A stretch of DNA of 64,000 bases from Bdellovibrionales bacterium (GCA_965219095.1 CBDCMT010000001.1:1472001-1536000); one strand, 5' to 3'; positions 44,129 through 55,760 are shown, numbered from the stretch's first letter. The notes: a model not told the origin generated them from the letters alone. Numbers and translations are program-made.

Positions 44129-44887
44129 TTAATCAGTAGTTAATGGGAAAAAGCTCACACTTAATTGATAAACAGAGTCTAAGTCTTTTGCTGACTCTAA
44201 TTCTTGAGACATCTGTCTTCGGAATTTTTTGATTCGTTCCTTAGCTAAAGGGATGTCCTTTTTAGAAATTGCCATGGTTATCCCTGTATTATCCCTTTTT
44301 TCGATAGAGTTTTGTTTAATACTTTCAATAGCCTTTTCTAAAATTTGAATTTGAAGTCTTTTCAAAGCATCATTAGTGTAATTTTTCAGAATACATGTGT
44401 TGTTTTTTTTTATAATCTTCCATCTATTTTTGACTTTCTTGATGAGACCGACCTTTTCTAATCGCTCTAAAGATATTCGTATAATCGTTTCCTTAAGGCC
44501 TAGTTTTTTTGCTAAAAACCTAGGTGATTGATTCATAGCATTAATGTTAAGAAGTTCTAAAAGAGCAAAGTAGTACCAATCAGAAATAACAGTAAAAATA
44601 TCAAAATTTATAGGCTCAAAGAAAACAGAGGGTTTTTTACCAGAGTTTTTAGAAGCATAAAACTCTATTTCCTCTAATTTCAAACTTAAAGAGATTCCAA
44701 TTCTTATAATCATTTTCTCTGTTAGAGGAATTTTACTGTTGATGATTTTAGATAAAGTAGAAACAGGAACTCCTAAAAAAATAGCAAAAGACCTTAAAGA
44801 ATACTTAGGGTTTCTCTTACATCGTTCCAGAAATTCTTGTCGAATTCTAAATGAAAAGTCTAGTTTTTTTGTTGTTATCAAATCCAT
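44129..44887 (-). CDS. TIGR02147/DUF4423-like HTH regulator
   Basis: RNPKYSLRSFA HTH, ISDWYYFALLEL, VYQLSVSFFPLT. Confidence 0.85.
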   Translation of the reverse strand: MDLITTKKLDFSFRIRQEFLERCKRNPKYSLRSFAIFLGVPVSTLSKIINSKIPLTEKMIIRIGISLSLKLEEIEFYASKNSGKKPSVFFEPINFDIFTVISDWYYFALLELLNINAMNQSPRFLAKKLGLKETIIRISLERLEKVGLIKKVKNRWKIIKKNNTCILKNYTNDALKRLQIQILEKAIESIKQNSIEKRDNTGITMAISKKDIPLAKERIKKFRRQMSQELESAKDLDSVYQLSVSFFPLTTD

Positions 44888-44902
44888 AAGATTTCTCCAT
44901 TT

Positions 44903-46138
44903 TTATGGCGGGCCGTTGTAAGCTCTAGGTTTATGTATTTTTGAATCTTCTTTTGATGGTCTCTCAGAAGAGACCTGGACATTAATACGATTCAAAGATT
45001 CTAATATTTTTCTATACTCTTCTGGAAGGCATAAACCATGAAACTCTTCATATATTTTTTCATAAAGGGCTTTACCTTCTAAAATATAATAAGAAATAGC
45101 ATTTTGACGCTTCTGTAAGTAACCATATTCATATGTATAATCATAACGAGGAGCATTAGACAAATAATGACCATACGGTCTACCTCTAAAAAGCTCTAGC
45201 CCTTTAGCAAAAGCTGCATAACCTCCATAGTGACCGGTCATTAAAATAAAATACTTATAATGAGAAGAGAAGGGAAACAGATAGGGCTTTCCTTGGATAT
45301 AAACAGTGATAAGTTTTCTATATATGTCATCATCCCAATCATGGCCTCTATCTACGGGGGTAATAAATCCTGCATACTTAAGAGATTCTGCATAAGACTT
45401 TAAACTTTCCTCTACTTCTATGATAAATTGATGGCATTTCTTTTTATAAATATCTGTTTGAGAATCATGGTATTCTTCGTAATGAGCAAATATAAAGCCA
45501 CTTATTTTATAAAATCTTTTTTGAACTTTTTTTGCTGGCAGTTTAGTGAATTTTTCTGTAAACAAATAAGCATTCAAAGAGCGAACTTCATAGGAAGAGT
45601 CTACAGCTTTCTTTTCTTGAACCATCATTCCATAAATAGCTTCATGAAAAACCAAACCTATTTTCTGTTCTAGACTCTTCATGTTTGACCAAAGTTTAGA
45701 GTTAATTTTAATTTTTAAGTAATTATCATCACGAACGGCAATCCACTGACATTCTTTTTGTTTTATAAGAGTTTTTCCTATATCATTTGAATTTATAACA
45801 TCAGGTCTTATAACATGCCAAGTGTAGTCAGTGATGTAATGGAATAATTTTATAGCTAGAGGAGGAAGTATTGTATAAATTTCATTGAGCTTGTTGGTGA
45901 CAGCCTTTGATACTTTCATCCCATCCTTTAAATGACTAAAGTTACTGTCTATTATATCCTTTACTTTCATAACGTCTTTTTGATCAGAAATATAGGGCCT
46001 TTCAATACCATTCTCGTAAAAATCAAAAAGAACGTTCTTCTTATCTTTTGAAACAACACAAGCCCCTCCTGTTTCCTGCCCTTTTTCAGCAAAGCTAAAA
46101 GAACTTATAAAAAAACATACTATTAAAATCTTTTTCAT
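44903..46138 (-). CDS. Secreted hypothetical protein with HE motif
   Basis: Signal peptide ending SFA, GQETGG, LVFHEAIY. Confidence 0.75.
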   Translation of the reverse strand: MKKILIVCFFISSFSFAEKGQETGGACVVSKDKKNVLFDFYENGIERPYISDQKDVMKVKDIIDSNFSHLKDGMKVSKAVTNKLNEIYTILPPLAIKLFHYITDYTWHVIRPDVINSNDIGKTLIKQKECQWIAVRDDNYLKIKINSKLWSNMKSLEQKIGLVFHEAIYGMMVQEKKAVDSSYEVRSLNAYLFTEKFTKLPAKKVQKRFYKISGFIFAHYEEYHDSQTDIYKKKCHQFIIEVEESLKSYAESLKYAGFITPVDRGHDWDDDIYRKLITVYIQGKPYLFPFSSHYKYFILMTGHYGGYAAFAKGLELFRGRPYGHYLSNAPRYDYTYEYGYLQKRQNAISYYILEGKALYEKIYEEFHGLCLPEEYRKILESLNRINVQVSSERPSKEDSKIHKPRAYNGPP

Positions 46139-46377
46139 TTTTTCATCAACTTATACAATACTCTCTCCTTCAAGTTTTCTCACCAATCCTCTCAACGAAG
46201 GAAACTTTTAAGAGGATGGGGAGATTATAACATAAAAACAAAGTGTTTAAAAGAGAATTTTTCAACAAAATATTTTCATAATTTAAACATGTGAAATTTT
46301 TACAAGGATTCTTGATAAATACTTGAATCACTTATGAAAAATAACATTTTTGTTAAAGATAAACTTTTTTTCATAGA

Positions 46378-46443
46378 GCCTTATATCATAACCTTGGAAA
46401 ACTGCCAGAACCTCCGGGAACCCACAGATTCTTTTGAGGAGGC
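46378..46443 (+). mobile_element. Isolated ISL3 right-end fragment
   Basis: Matches 59629-59694. Confidence 0.85.
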
Positions 46444-46447
46444 TGTT

Positions 46448-47692
46448 TTATAAGCAACTCCATCCGGAATGAGAGACTTTTACCTCTTCTTCCAAAATAA
46501 TGGATAAAATAGAACTCTCATGGGAATAATTAATCACTCCTTGGGAGGACTTTTCTAAAAAATCTTTAAGCACTTTTATTTTTCCGCAGTCAAAATTTGG
46601 TAGCCCAGAGATATTAAAATTTTTATTCTCTCCCCCTGAAGCAATAGCCTTCCACTTCTTTCTTTGCTCTTCTGAATAGCTTTTATCTTTTTTCAATAGA
46701 TTAACGGCTTTATCGAAGTCTTCTTGAAGGTTAGAGAGAGAATCCATGTCAAATAGACTTAAAGAATAGCGACTGAAAACTTTATCTGTCACATTTTCTT
46801 TTGTGTTAGAAGTGAAAGATTGCTTAAGCCAATCAGAAAGGCTTTTTTTCATATCAGAAGGTTGATGTCTGACTCTTTCGTAAATAGCTTCTAGATTCCA
46901 CTCCACAAGGCCCTTTAAAGAGATCAACTCAGGAGAAGCTAAAACGAGGGAGGCTGATTTTTTTTCAGCAATTTTGTATATTGTATCTATTGTAGAAAGA
47001 CACTGAGCTAAAAAGAGAGCATCAAAGGGACGATGCTGGCCATTGATTTCATAAGAGAGTTGGTTAAGTCCATTTAAAAAGTTATCTAAAGAAAATTTTA
47101 CCATATAAGAAGAGGGAAAGTAGCCTCTTTGAGGGGAGTCTGGTATTTTGTGGCCAAAAAAGAAGGCCAGTTGATAACGATAAAGGCCATCTTCGAAAAA
47201 ATATTTTTTAAAAAGCTTTATTTCTTGTTTTAGTTCTTTTTTTTGCATAAAGGCAGTTATCTTTCCTATAAAAGGCAAAGGAATGAAGGCTGTGTCACTT
47301 AAAGAAAGAATTTTTTTTATGTCCTTCAAATGGCCGTTTCTATAGAAGTAAATTTTTTCATAGATAGTATAATTATAAGTCTGCATAGTATAGCCGTGTA
47401 TACCTGTACGTCTTTCAGGGTTTACATATATAATGACAACATCACAATGGTTACAGTTTTTAGCTAAATTTTCAGTTTTTCTGAAGAAGTCTTCGCTGGC
47501 ATCTCTCACGACAAAATCTTGAGGGCATAGGAGAGATCCCTCAGGGCAGGCTTTATAGTTATAAAGACCGTCTCCATTGATAAAAAATACATAAAGGTCT
47601 TTTAGAGAAGACGAATCACTCATTTCCTCTTTTCCCATTCCTAGAAATGAATAAAGGCCTATCATTATGACCAAACAAAACTTAAAACTCAT
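46448..47692 (-). CDS. Secreted protein, clostripain (C11)/clan CD peptidase-like
   Basis: Signal peptide; FFGH, FDALFLAQC, LVLASPE spaced like clostripain motifs; start MSFKF after AAGGAG. Confidence 0.55.
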   Translation of the reverse strand: MSFKFCLVIMIGLYSFLGMGKEEMSDSSSLKDLYVFFINGDGLYNYKACPEGSLLCPQDFVVRDASEDFFRKTENLAKNCNHCDVVIIYVNPERRTGIHGYTMQTYNYTIYEKIYFYRNGHLKDIKKILSLSDTAFIPLPFIGKITAFMQKKELKQEIKLFKKYFFEDGLYRYQLAFFFGHKIPDSPQRGYFPSSYMVKFSLDNFLNGLNQLSYEINGQHRPFDALFLAQCLSTIDTIYKIAEKKSASLVLASPELISLKGLVEWNLEAIYERVRHQPSDMKKSLSDWLKQSFTSNTKENVTDKVFSRYSLSLFDMDSLSNLQEDFDKAVNLLKKDKSYSEEQRKKWKAIASGGENKNFNISGLPNFDCGKIKVLKDFLEKSSQGVINYSHESSILSIILEEEVKVSHSGWSCL

Positions 47693-48198
47693 TATAGACT
47701 CCTTTTTTATTTTCATATATCAACTTATAACCATTTGACTCTGGTTTGCAAAAAATAGAAAGCTTAGGCCTTAAAGTTTTCATTCTAAACTGATACCATT
47801 ATAGCAAGCACAGTCATAATGTTTGTAAGTTTCCATATACTTTTTATAGATTTTTACACTGTATTCAAGATAAAATATAATTTTTAAAAAATAAACATTT
47901 TTTTTATGTTTTGAAATTTTTATAAAATTGCATTATTTTTTTACACTTTTAATTATGGAAAATACCTTGATCTAGAGCTTTTATTAAGATCTACTTCCTT
48001 TGTCTTCTAATCATATAGTGCTTCCGTTTAGGTTTTCAGTTTTTTTCTCTAGAGAATCGATCGGAAAATCTAAGCGTATTCACTATATACGGTAATTGTA
48101 TTTTAGATTTTAGAAAATACATGTTCGGTTTTTAAATCACTGGAAGTGTTAGTTTGAGAAGTTTACAAGATCGAAGTTATAGGAAAATCCATCAAAAA

Positions 48199-48226
48199 AG
48201 AAAAGCTCCCTTAGGAGGGCTTTTCT
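48199..48226 (-). terminator. Intrinsic terminator after the paralog pseudogene
   Basis: AGAAAAGCTCCC-TTAG-GAGGGCTTTTCT. Confidence 0.55.
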
Positions 48227-48267
48227 GTTGAAAGTCTTATGCTGTTTAACTGTTTAATGGTGATCTA

Positions 48268-48474
48268 TTAAAGAGCTAAGATGGCAATTACAGAAATAGG
48301 GACAACTATGTCTCATACAGTTCCACTTAATTGCCACCATCCTGGTGCACCATCAAAGGCAGCAATGGATTCTTGCTCTGGAATCACCATGTTGATGATC
48401 TCCATTTTTTGCCGAGAAATTTTAAGGCTTTCTACGTCAATAGAGAGAAGTTTATTCAACGACTTCTCTCCAAT
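48268..48474 (-). pseudogene. Truncated tandem paralog of 48609-48956
   Basis: Manual translation IGEKSLNKLLSIDVESLKISRQKMEIINMVIPEQESIAAFDGAPGWWQLSGTV*DIVVPISVIAILAL* shares SIDV, INM, EQ and hydrophobic tail. Confidence 0.75.
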
Positions 48475-48557
48475 GTAATGTGAGGTTACTGTGATAGTTG
48501 TGACTTGATCTGACAGTTACCCTTTCTGTGTTAATAAAAAATTGAAGATGAAATGAC

Positions 48558-48587
48558 AAGAGGACTTTTTACGTAAAAAGTCCTCTT
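48558..48587. terminator. Perfect 30-bp palindrome, terminator-like
   Basis: AAGAGGACTTTTTACGTAAAAAGTCCTCTT. Confidence 0.7.
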
Positions 48588-48608
48588 TAATAAATTAAAG
48601 CAAGTAAC

Positions 48609-48956
48609 TTACAAAAAGTAAATTGCAGCAGCAACTACTAACACAATAGAAGAAATTCCTATTCCGCCAAGACCTATTGATATAAATGCTACTTCTTGCT
48701 GTTCCATCACAGACATATTGATCTTATCTAATTGCTTTTGAGAAAGATCAATTTTGCGAACATCAATAGAAGCAATTTTTTCAGCCTGTTCTTCGGATAA
48801 ATTGAGTTGCTCAGAATTTTCCTGAATCCATAGTATGGCTTCTTTTACATGATCTTCAGTTACAACTTGAGTTGATGCAGAAGCTGCTCCTTGTTGGTAG
48901 AGCACAGTAGAAGCTATGATAGTTGTTGCTAGGATTGTTTTTATTGTTTTTTTCAT
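48609..48956 (-). CDS. Small exported protein with C-terminal Gly-rich hydrophobic tail
   Basis: Start MKKTIKT after AAGGAG; signal peptide ending ASA; GLGGIGISSIVLVVAAAIYFL tail. Confidence 0.8.
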   Translation of the reverse strand: MKKTIKTILATTIIASTVLYQQGAASASTQVVTEDHVKEAILWIQENSEQLNLSEEQAEKIASIDVRKIDLSQKQLDKINMSVMEQQEVAFISIGLGGIGISSIVLVVAAAIYFL

Positions 48957-49140
48957 TTTGTTTCTCCTTTTCTTTTTTGGTTGGTTTTTATTTTTTTCTC
49001 TTCTTATAGTTGCAACTGAAATCAAGTTAGAAAATTATCCAAAATTTTACAATAATTTTTTCAACAAAGTGTTTCAATGTTTTTGAAACATAAATTTTTT
49101 ATACACTCCTTATAAAAAATTCATAAGTACTTCCGTTTAA

Positions 49141-49258
49141 TACCATTTCCAAAAATTAATTCGACATTCTTTTAACACATTGTGTCCTGTCTTTTTGATA
49201 GACGTCTATTACACCTTAATATTGTATGGATCAGTGGTCGCTCTTTTCATCCTAAAAG
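49141..49258 (+). mobile_element. Internally deleted IS630 left-end remnant
   Basis: Matches 53977 onward and ~54469-54511. Confidence 0.8.
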
Positions 49259-49753
49259 GTAACTGCTCACTCTCGTAAGTTTTTATTTAAAGCCATAGAG
49301 ATCGCTTCTAAAGAAGAATACCCTTTATTTCTCATTGTTTTAACATAGCTGGTAATGCGACAAAAATATTTCGCCATTTCTTCTGTTCTGAAACACCCTG
49401 ACACTTTCTTTTTCACTTTAGTCATTCTTAGATCTCTTTCAGCTCTGTTATTAGTAGGATCTACGTTCTTTCTTTTAGCAAAGCACAGTATTTCTGCTTC
49501 ATACTTTTTAAATCGCAGCCAAAGGTTTTGAGCTTGTGTATGCTTTATTCGTCCTTTCTTGCCATTTTTTTTAGGAAATTCTGGAAGCTCTTTTAAGCCT
49601 TTTGTAAGAATACTCCTATACCTTCTCTGAAGAGTTTCGTACTCTTTTTGAGTCAGAACTCTTGACTCTTTTTTATGAACTAACTCCACAGTCTCTTTAA
49701 GAAGTTTTTTGAGATTTGTAGCCCATTTGAATCCATTGCTTTCTTCTATAAAT
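49259..49753 (-). mobile_element. IS66 (ISBst12-type) right-end fragment, copy C
   Basis: IR at 49259, transposase C-terminus 49267-49689. Confidence 0.9.
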
Positions 49754-49769
49754 AGAGGGATTTGTTTAT

Positions 49770-52700
49770 CCTGAGTTCGCCCTTTAACAAACGATAAAAT
49801 TCATAAGTATTTGAATATATTAGATTTTTCTGGATTGCCTCCAGATTTTAGACATACTAGGTTTTAGATGGGTTATTTTAAGTTTAGGAAGAGTTTTCTA
49901 TGCGAAAAGGTTTTTTTATGTAATCTTTTTTAAATACAGCATAAATCTGTTTGGCTTCTTTGGATAAAGCTCTGGGGACAAAATAGGAGACAGAAGGTTT
50001 TTTCATTTTGTCTCCAATCACAAAAGATTCAACCTCTTTTAAAGTATCAATAAGCTCATTAAGGCTGTAATGAAGAGTAGCTTTTTTTAAAGAGAGTTCT
50101 ACATACTTCAAGACAGTGTAAGCCAAAAAACAAATAAAAAGATGAGATTTAATTCTTTCAGAGAGTCTGTGATAGATAGGACGCATCTTCAAGGTATGCT
50201 TGTTAATACGAAACAGTTCTTCAATTTTCCAAAGTGACCGGTATAATTCTAAAGGTTTCCTATTTGTTTCACATTCTATGTTAGAGCAAACTCCATAGAG
50301 GCCATCCCAAAGGCTGTCCTGAAAGATTTTATCTGCATCTATCTGAACACTTCCTTTTAGAGTTTTAAGGTATTTTCGAACCCCACGATTACTTACTAAC
50401 TTAGTGGCTGAAATTTTACCGTCTTTACAAATTTTTTTGAGTTTTTCTAACAATCTTTGTCGTTTTTTTTCATCCTGTAATCTCCGCTTTTCACTGTAAG
50501 AAACAAATACCTTGCGATTCTTGTAGGAAAACTCATAAACTTCAGAATTTTGGCTCTCTTTTTTAAGTTCTTTAAATTCAAAAATTTTTTCTTTTTTCTC
50601 TTTAGGTAGTTTCTTTAAAGGGCAGGATACCACATACTCAGCCTCAATTCCTTTCTTATTTAAACTTTCAAAAAACGTAACTGCTCACTCTCGTAAGTTT
50701 TTATTTAAAGCCATAGAGATGGCTTCTAAAGAAGAATACCCTTTATTTCTCATTGTTTTAACATAGCTGGTAATGCGACAAAAATATTTCGCCATTTCTT
50801 CTGTTCTGAAACACCCTGACACTTTCTTTTTCACTTTAGTCATTCTTAGATCTCTTTCAGTTCTGTTATTAGTAGGATCTACGTTCTTTCTTTTAGCAAA
50901 GCACAGTATTTCTGCTTCATACTTTTTAAATCGCAGCCAAAGGTTTTGAGCTTGTGTATGCTTTATTCGTCCTTTCTTGCCATTTTTCTTAGGAAATTCT
51001 GGAAGCTCTTTTAAGCCTTTTGTAAGAATACTCCTATACCTTCTCTGAAGAGTTTCGTACTCTTTTTGAGTCAGAACTCTTGACTCTTTTTTATGAACTA
51101 ACTCCACAGTCTCTTTAAGAAGTTTTTTGAGATTTATAGCCCATTTGAATCCATTGCTTTCTTCTATAAATTTAAGCTCTCTCAAAAGGTGAGCCACACA
51201 CAAAGCATGAGTTATCTTATCATAACAAAAGTAAGGACTCCAACAATCATGCACAAGCACTCCTGCATATCTATCCAAGAGACCAATATCTTTTATGGCT
51301 TCCTTTCCACCTGAAAGGTGGAGAAACTGCAAGACTAATTCTCCTGAACTATAAGTATGAATCCAGTAGTTTTTACCCTTAACCCTCATAGAGGTCTCAT
51401 CAACATGAATGACCTCTGATTCAAGTATCTTTTCTTTCATCTGCTCTTCCCAACTTTTAAGAAACTCTCCTAATTCAGCAATGTATCTCAACATAACTGC
51501 AGGAGAAATCATTCGACCTATAAGCCCCATGTAATGTTCCCCAACACGCTCTAAAAGACAGCATCTGAACTATAATGAAATTGATGATGGAAGCTCTAAT
51601 GCCTATACCATACTGAAGAGGACCACTCATACCTTTAGGGAATTGACCTTTATTTCTAGCTCCACATGAGGGACAATTCTTAACTTCAGAAGTTACAGTA
51701 TGGGTCTGAATTTCATAAAAAATATCAATCTTTTTACGCTTCTCAAGGCTTTTTACCTCTGCTGTCTTTAAAAACATCCCACACTGAGAACACTCTGAGG
51801 GAGAGACAGTCTCCTCACTGTTTTGTATCTTTACTGTTATCAAGTCTAGAACCCTTTTTCTGACTCCCACTAGCTTTCTTATTACGATTCCCTTGACGAC
51901 TAAAATCTTGCGAAGGAGGAAGACCGCTGTTGCTGGAATTTTTTCGAACCTGTTTTTCTAAAAACACAACAATCAGAATGTTCACAACCTTAAAGAGAGA
52001 TTCAACAATCACAGAAATCTCAGTAGGCACAGAACCTTTCTTTGCAAGCTTATCAAAGTCACTTCTTATATTTTCAATCTCATTTCTGATGGAGGTCTTA
52101 TTTATTGTCATTTGAAAAGAGTATTTAAAAGAAAATCTGTAAGAGCAAGACTTTTATCTTAAAACAGGTCTAAAGTTAAGGATAACTGAACAATGTAGGT
52201 GAGCAGTTACCAAAAAACTTAAAATTGCTATCTGAAAACATAGCTCTATCAGCCACCACACGAATTCGTTTTACCTTATACTTCTTTACAGCTTGGTTTA
52301 AAACAAATTGCAAAGTCTTGGTCTCTGATGTGCAACCAGGAAACACCTCGTAAGCTAAAGGCAAACCCTCTGTATTGGCTAGCACAGCCAAAACCACTTG
52401 AGTTTCATTAAACTTTCCGTCCTTGCTATAACCAAAGTCCCTTAATTCTCCCTGCATGGTAGATTCAAAATATAGGGTTGTTACATCAAACAGTAAAACA
52501 TTAAAGTCCGAACCTTTGGATGCTAGAGATTCGAAAACCTTTTGCCTCAAAACATCCTCCTCTTTAAAAACTCTATCCATCATAGTCAAGACCTGTTTAT
52601 GAGATATTTGTTTACTAAAGAACTTCTCTATTAGAGAACAGCTTCTTAGCTTGCTTGAAGGAGAGAAAACTCTCATAAAAACCACCTCACGGAGTACTTG

Positions 52701-53161
52701 GTTTATAGCCTCTTTTTTTCTTCCAGTTTCTATTAAATCTTTAAAACCTAAATCCTCCCATGCTGTTCCGAAAATGTCCTCAAAACCATGGTTATGTCTT
52801 CTCTCACCTTGGAAACGTGGAGATCAATAGGAATCTTTTCTGAAAGGCTTGAAAGTGAAAGAAGACCCTTTTTATGTTGTTCAAGAAGCTTTTTAGCTTC
52901 TTGTTTGTATTTCTCTACGATCTTGGAATCTTTAGATTGTCCTATGGTTTTGATAATGCGATTCTTTACTTTGCCTTCTTTCCAAAAAGATTCCACAAGA
53001 CGAACCACTGTGCTACCGTTTTTGCGTTTAGGACTTGTTATGTACATAATCCCCCCCCTATAAATATGAACATACTAAAGACATACTATGTTGTCAAGCA
53101 AAAAAATACCAATGAAATCAAATAGTTATAAATTTAATCCTTTCTTGAGGGCGAACTCAGG
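49770..53161 (-). mobile_element. IS1634-family element interrupted by IS66 copy D; transposase in pieces 52748-53047, 52211-52685, 49884-50676
   Basis: IR CCTGAGTTCGCCCT both ends; FDVTTLYFES, GYSKD, VADRAM, YRSLWKIEELFR. Confidence 0.9.
50677..52210 (-). mobile_element. IS66 (ISBst12-type) full-length copy D
   Basis: Both IRs; 8-bp target duplication CAAAAAAC; two frameshifts. Confidence 0.95.
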
Positions 53162-55760
53162 AAGAATACTCCTATACCTTCTCTGAAGAGTTTCGTACTC
53201 TTTTTGAGTCAGAACTCTTGACTCTTTTTTATGAACTAACTCCACAGTCTCTTTAAGAAGTTTTTTGAGATTTATAGCCCATTTGAATCCATTGCTTTCT
53301 TCTATAAATTTAAGCTCTCTCAAAAGGTGAGCCACACACAAAGCATGAGTTATCTTATCATAACAAAAGTAAGGACTCCAACAATCATGCACAAGCACTC
53401 CTGCATATCTATCCAAGAGACCAATATCTTTTATGGCTTCCTTTCCACCTGAAAGGTGGAGAAACTGCAAGACTAATTCTCCTGAACTATAAGTATGAAT
53501 CCAGTAGTTTTTACCCTTAACCCTCATAGAGGTCTCATCAACATGAATGACCTCTGATTCAAGTATCTTTTCTTTCATCTGCTCTTCCCAACTTTTAAGA
53601 AACTCTCCTAATTCAGCAATGTATCTCAACATAACTGCAGGAGAAATCATTCGACCTATAAGCCCCATGTAATGTTCCCCAACACGCTCTAAAAGACAGC
53701 ATCTGAACTATAATGAAATTGATGATGGAAGCTCTAATGCCTACACCATACTGAAGAGGACCACTCATACCTTTAGGGAATTGACCTTTATTTCTAGCTC
53801 CACATGAGGGACAATCCTTAACCTCAGAAGTTACAGTATGGGTCTGAATTTCATAAAAAATATCAATCTTTTTACGCTTTTCAAGGCTTTTTACCTCTGC
53901 TGTCTTTAAACACATCCCACACTGAGAACACTCTGAGGGAGAGACAGTCTCCTCACTGTTTGTATCTTTACTGTTATACCATTTCCAAAAATTAATTCGA
54001 CATTCTTTTAACGCATAGCGTCCTGGCTTTTTAATCAAACTCTGCTACATTTTTAGAGTCATGTCGAAAAAAGATTTAGTTACACAGATTCAAGGGTATG
54101 ATTTTCTAGCTACTTACAAAGTGGAAAGAAGTGCCAACATCAAGATAAAACTTCAAGCTTTGCACCATATGCAAAAAGGAAAATCGATTCAAGAAACAGC
54201 AGGTATGGTTTTGTATCACCGTCACAGTATCAAATCCTGGTTACAGTCTTTTGTAGACTTTGATTACGAGGGATTGATAGATCGAAAAGGCAGAGGACGT
54301 AAACCCCGTTTGCCAGTGACAGAAGAAGAGAACTTCAAAATCAAGTTAGATGAAATTCAAGACAAAAGAGAGGGAGGAAGCATAGGAGCAAAGGAAATAC
54401 AGAAACTTTTAGCAGATGAATTTGACTGTTGCTATTCTCTTTCTGGGGTTTATGTTTCTTTAGACCGCCTTAATATTGTATGGATCAGTGGTCGTTCTCT
54501 TCATCCTAAAAGTTCATTAAGAAGCTATGGAACAGTTTAAGGAACATTTTCCAGAAGAGGTGGAGAAAATAAAAGAAAAGATTCAGACTCATAAAATAGA
54601 GATTTGGTGGCAGGATGAATGCAGAATAAGCTCAGCAAGGTTCTTTGAGCAGGATTTGGGCAAGAAAAGGCACACGACCTAGAGTTGTGAGACAAAGACA
54701 ATTTTTATCTACTTATATTTTTGGAGCAGTTTGTCCGGATAAAGATAAAGGCTGTGCTTGGGTTTTACCGGAATGTAATTCAGGGATGATGCAAATTCAC
54801 TTAGATGAGATATCTAAAAATATTCAAGAAAACTATCATGGAATTGTTTTAATGGACAGAGCCAGTTGGCATACCACAGAGACTTTGATAGTTCCTAAGA
54901 ATTTATCCCTGATGCCTTTACCTCCTTATAGTCCAGAATTAAATCCCATGGAACAAGTCTGGCAACAATTACGAAGGATCAAATTATCGAATGCATGTTT
55001 TAAAAACTATGACCATATACTGAATACTTGTTGTGAGGCCTGGAATACTTTTTGCGATCAGGAGGGCAGGATTAAAAAATTATGCACTCGATCTTGGGCA
55101 AAACAACAAGATGAATCAAGCTTGTAAATTAATTTGAACCTATAAATTAAATTGCGTAACTGATTTTTTTCATTTTACATCTTAACCTCACTTTTTTACA
55201 CTTATTTTAACCCATCAATCGATTCACACAACAATAGATATACATAAAATAAACATATCTTATGAAAACTCAACCTCCCTTCAAAAAAAACTTTTTTAAA
55301 GCCTCCTAATTGAAACTTTTCCTTAAGTCAATTTTAAAATTTTAAATTTGAACATAAAAATGTCGAATTAATTTCTGTAATTGGTATTATCAAGTCTAGA
55401 GCCCTTTTTCTGACTCCCACTAGCTTTCTTATTACGATTCCCTTGACGACTAAAATCTTGCGAAGGAGGAAGACCGCTGTTGCTGGAATTTTTTCGAACC
55501 TGTTTTTCTAAAAGCACAGCAATCAGAATGTTCACAACCTTAAAGAGAGATTCAAAAACCACAGAAATCTCAGTAGGCACAGAACCTTTCTTTGCAAACT
55601 TATCAAAGTCACTTCTTGTATTTTCAATCTCATTTCTGATGGAGGTCTTATTTATTGTCATTTGAAAAAAGTATTTAAAAGAAAATCTGTAAGAGCAAGA
55701 CTTTTATCTTAAAACAGGTCTAAAGTTAGGGATAACTGAACAATGTAGGTGAGCAGTTAC
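53162..55760 (-). mobile_element. IS66 (ISBst12-type) copy E, 3'-truncated and interrupted by IS630
   Basis: Left IR ends 55760; sequence resumes on both sides of 53977-55386. Confidence 0.92.
53977..55386 (+). mobile_element. IS630-family element, full-length, transposase frameshifted (54061-54540, 54645-55127)
   Basis: IRs TACCATTTCC...TTCGACA / TGTCGAA...TTGGTA; WQDE, DRASWH, LPPYSPELNPME; TTA on both flanks. Confidence 0.93.

Noticed and set aside
48313..48315. In-frame TGA as a sign of an alternative genetic code
   Set aside because: TGA terminates alaS, ftsW and atpZ normally and Trp is TGG in conserved genes
48281..48478. 65-aa plus-strand ORF
   Set aside because: Antisense to the paralog pseudogene
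48485..48520. CTGTGATAGTTG shared with 60911, possible IS481-like scar or operator
   Set aside because: Only 12 bp of identity; cannot be assigned
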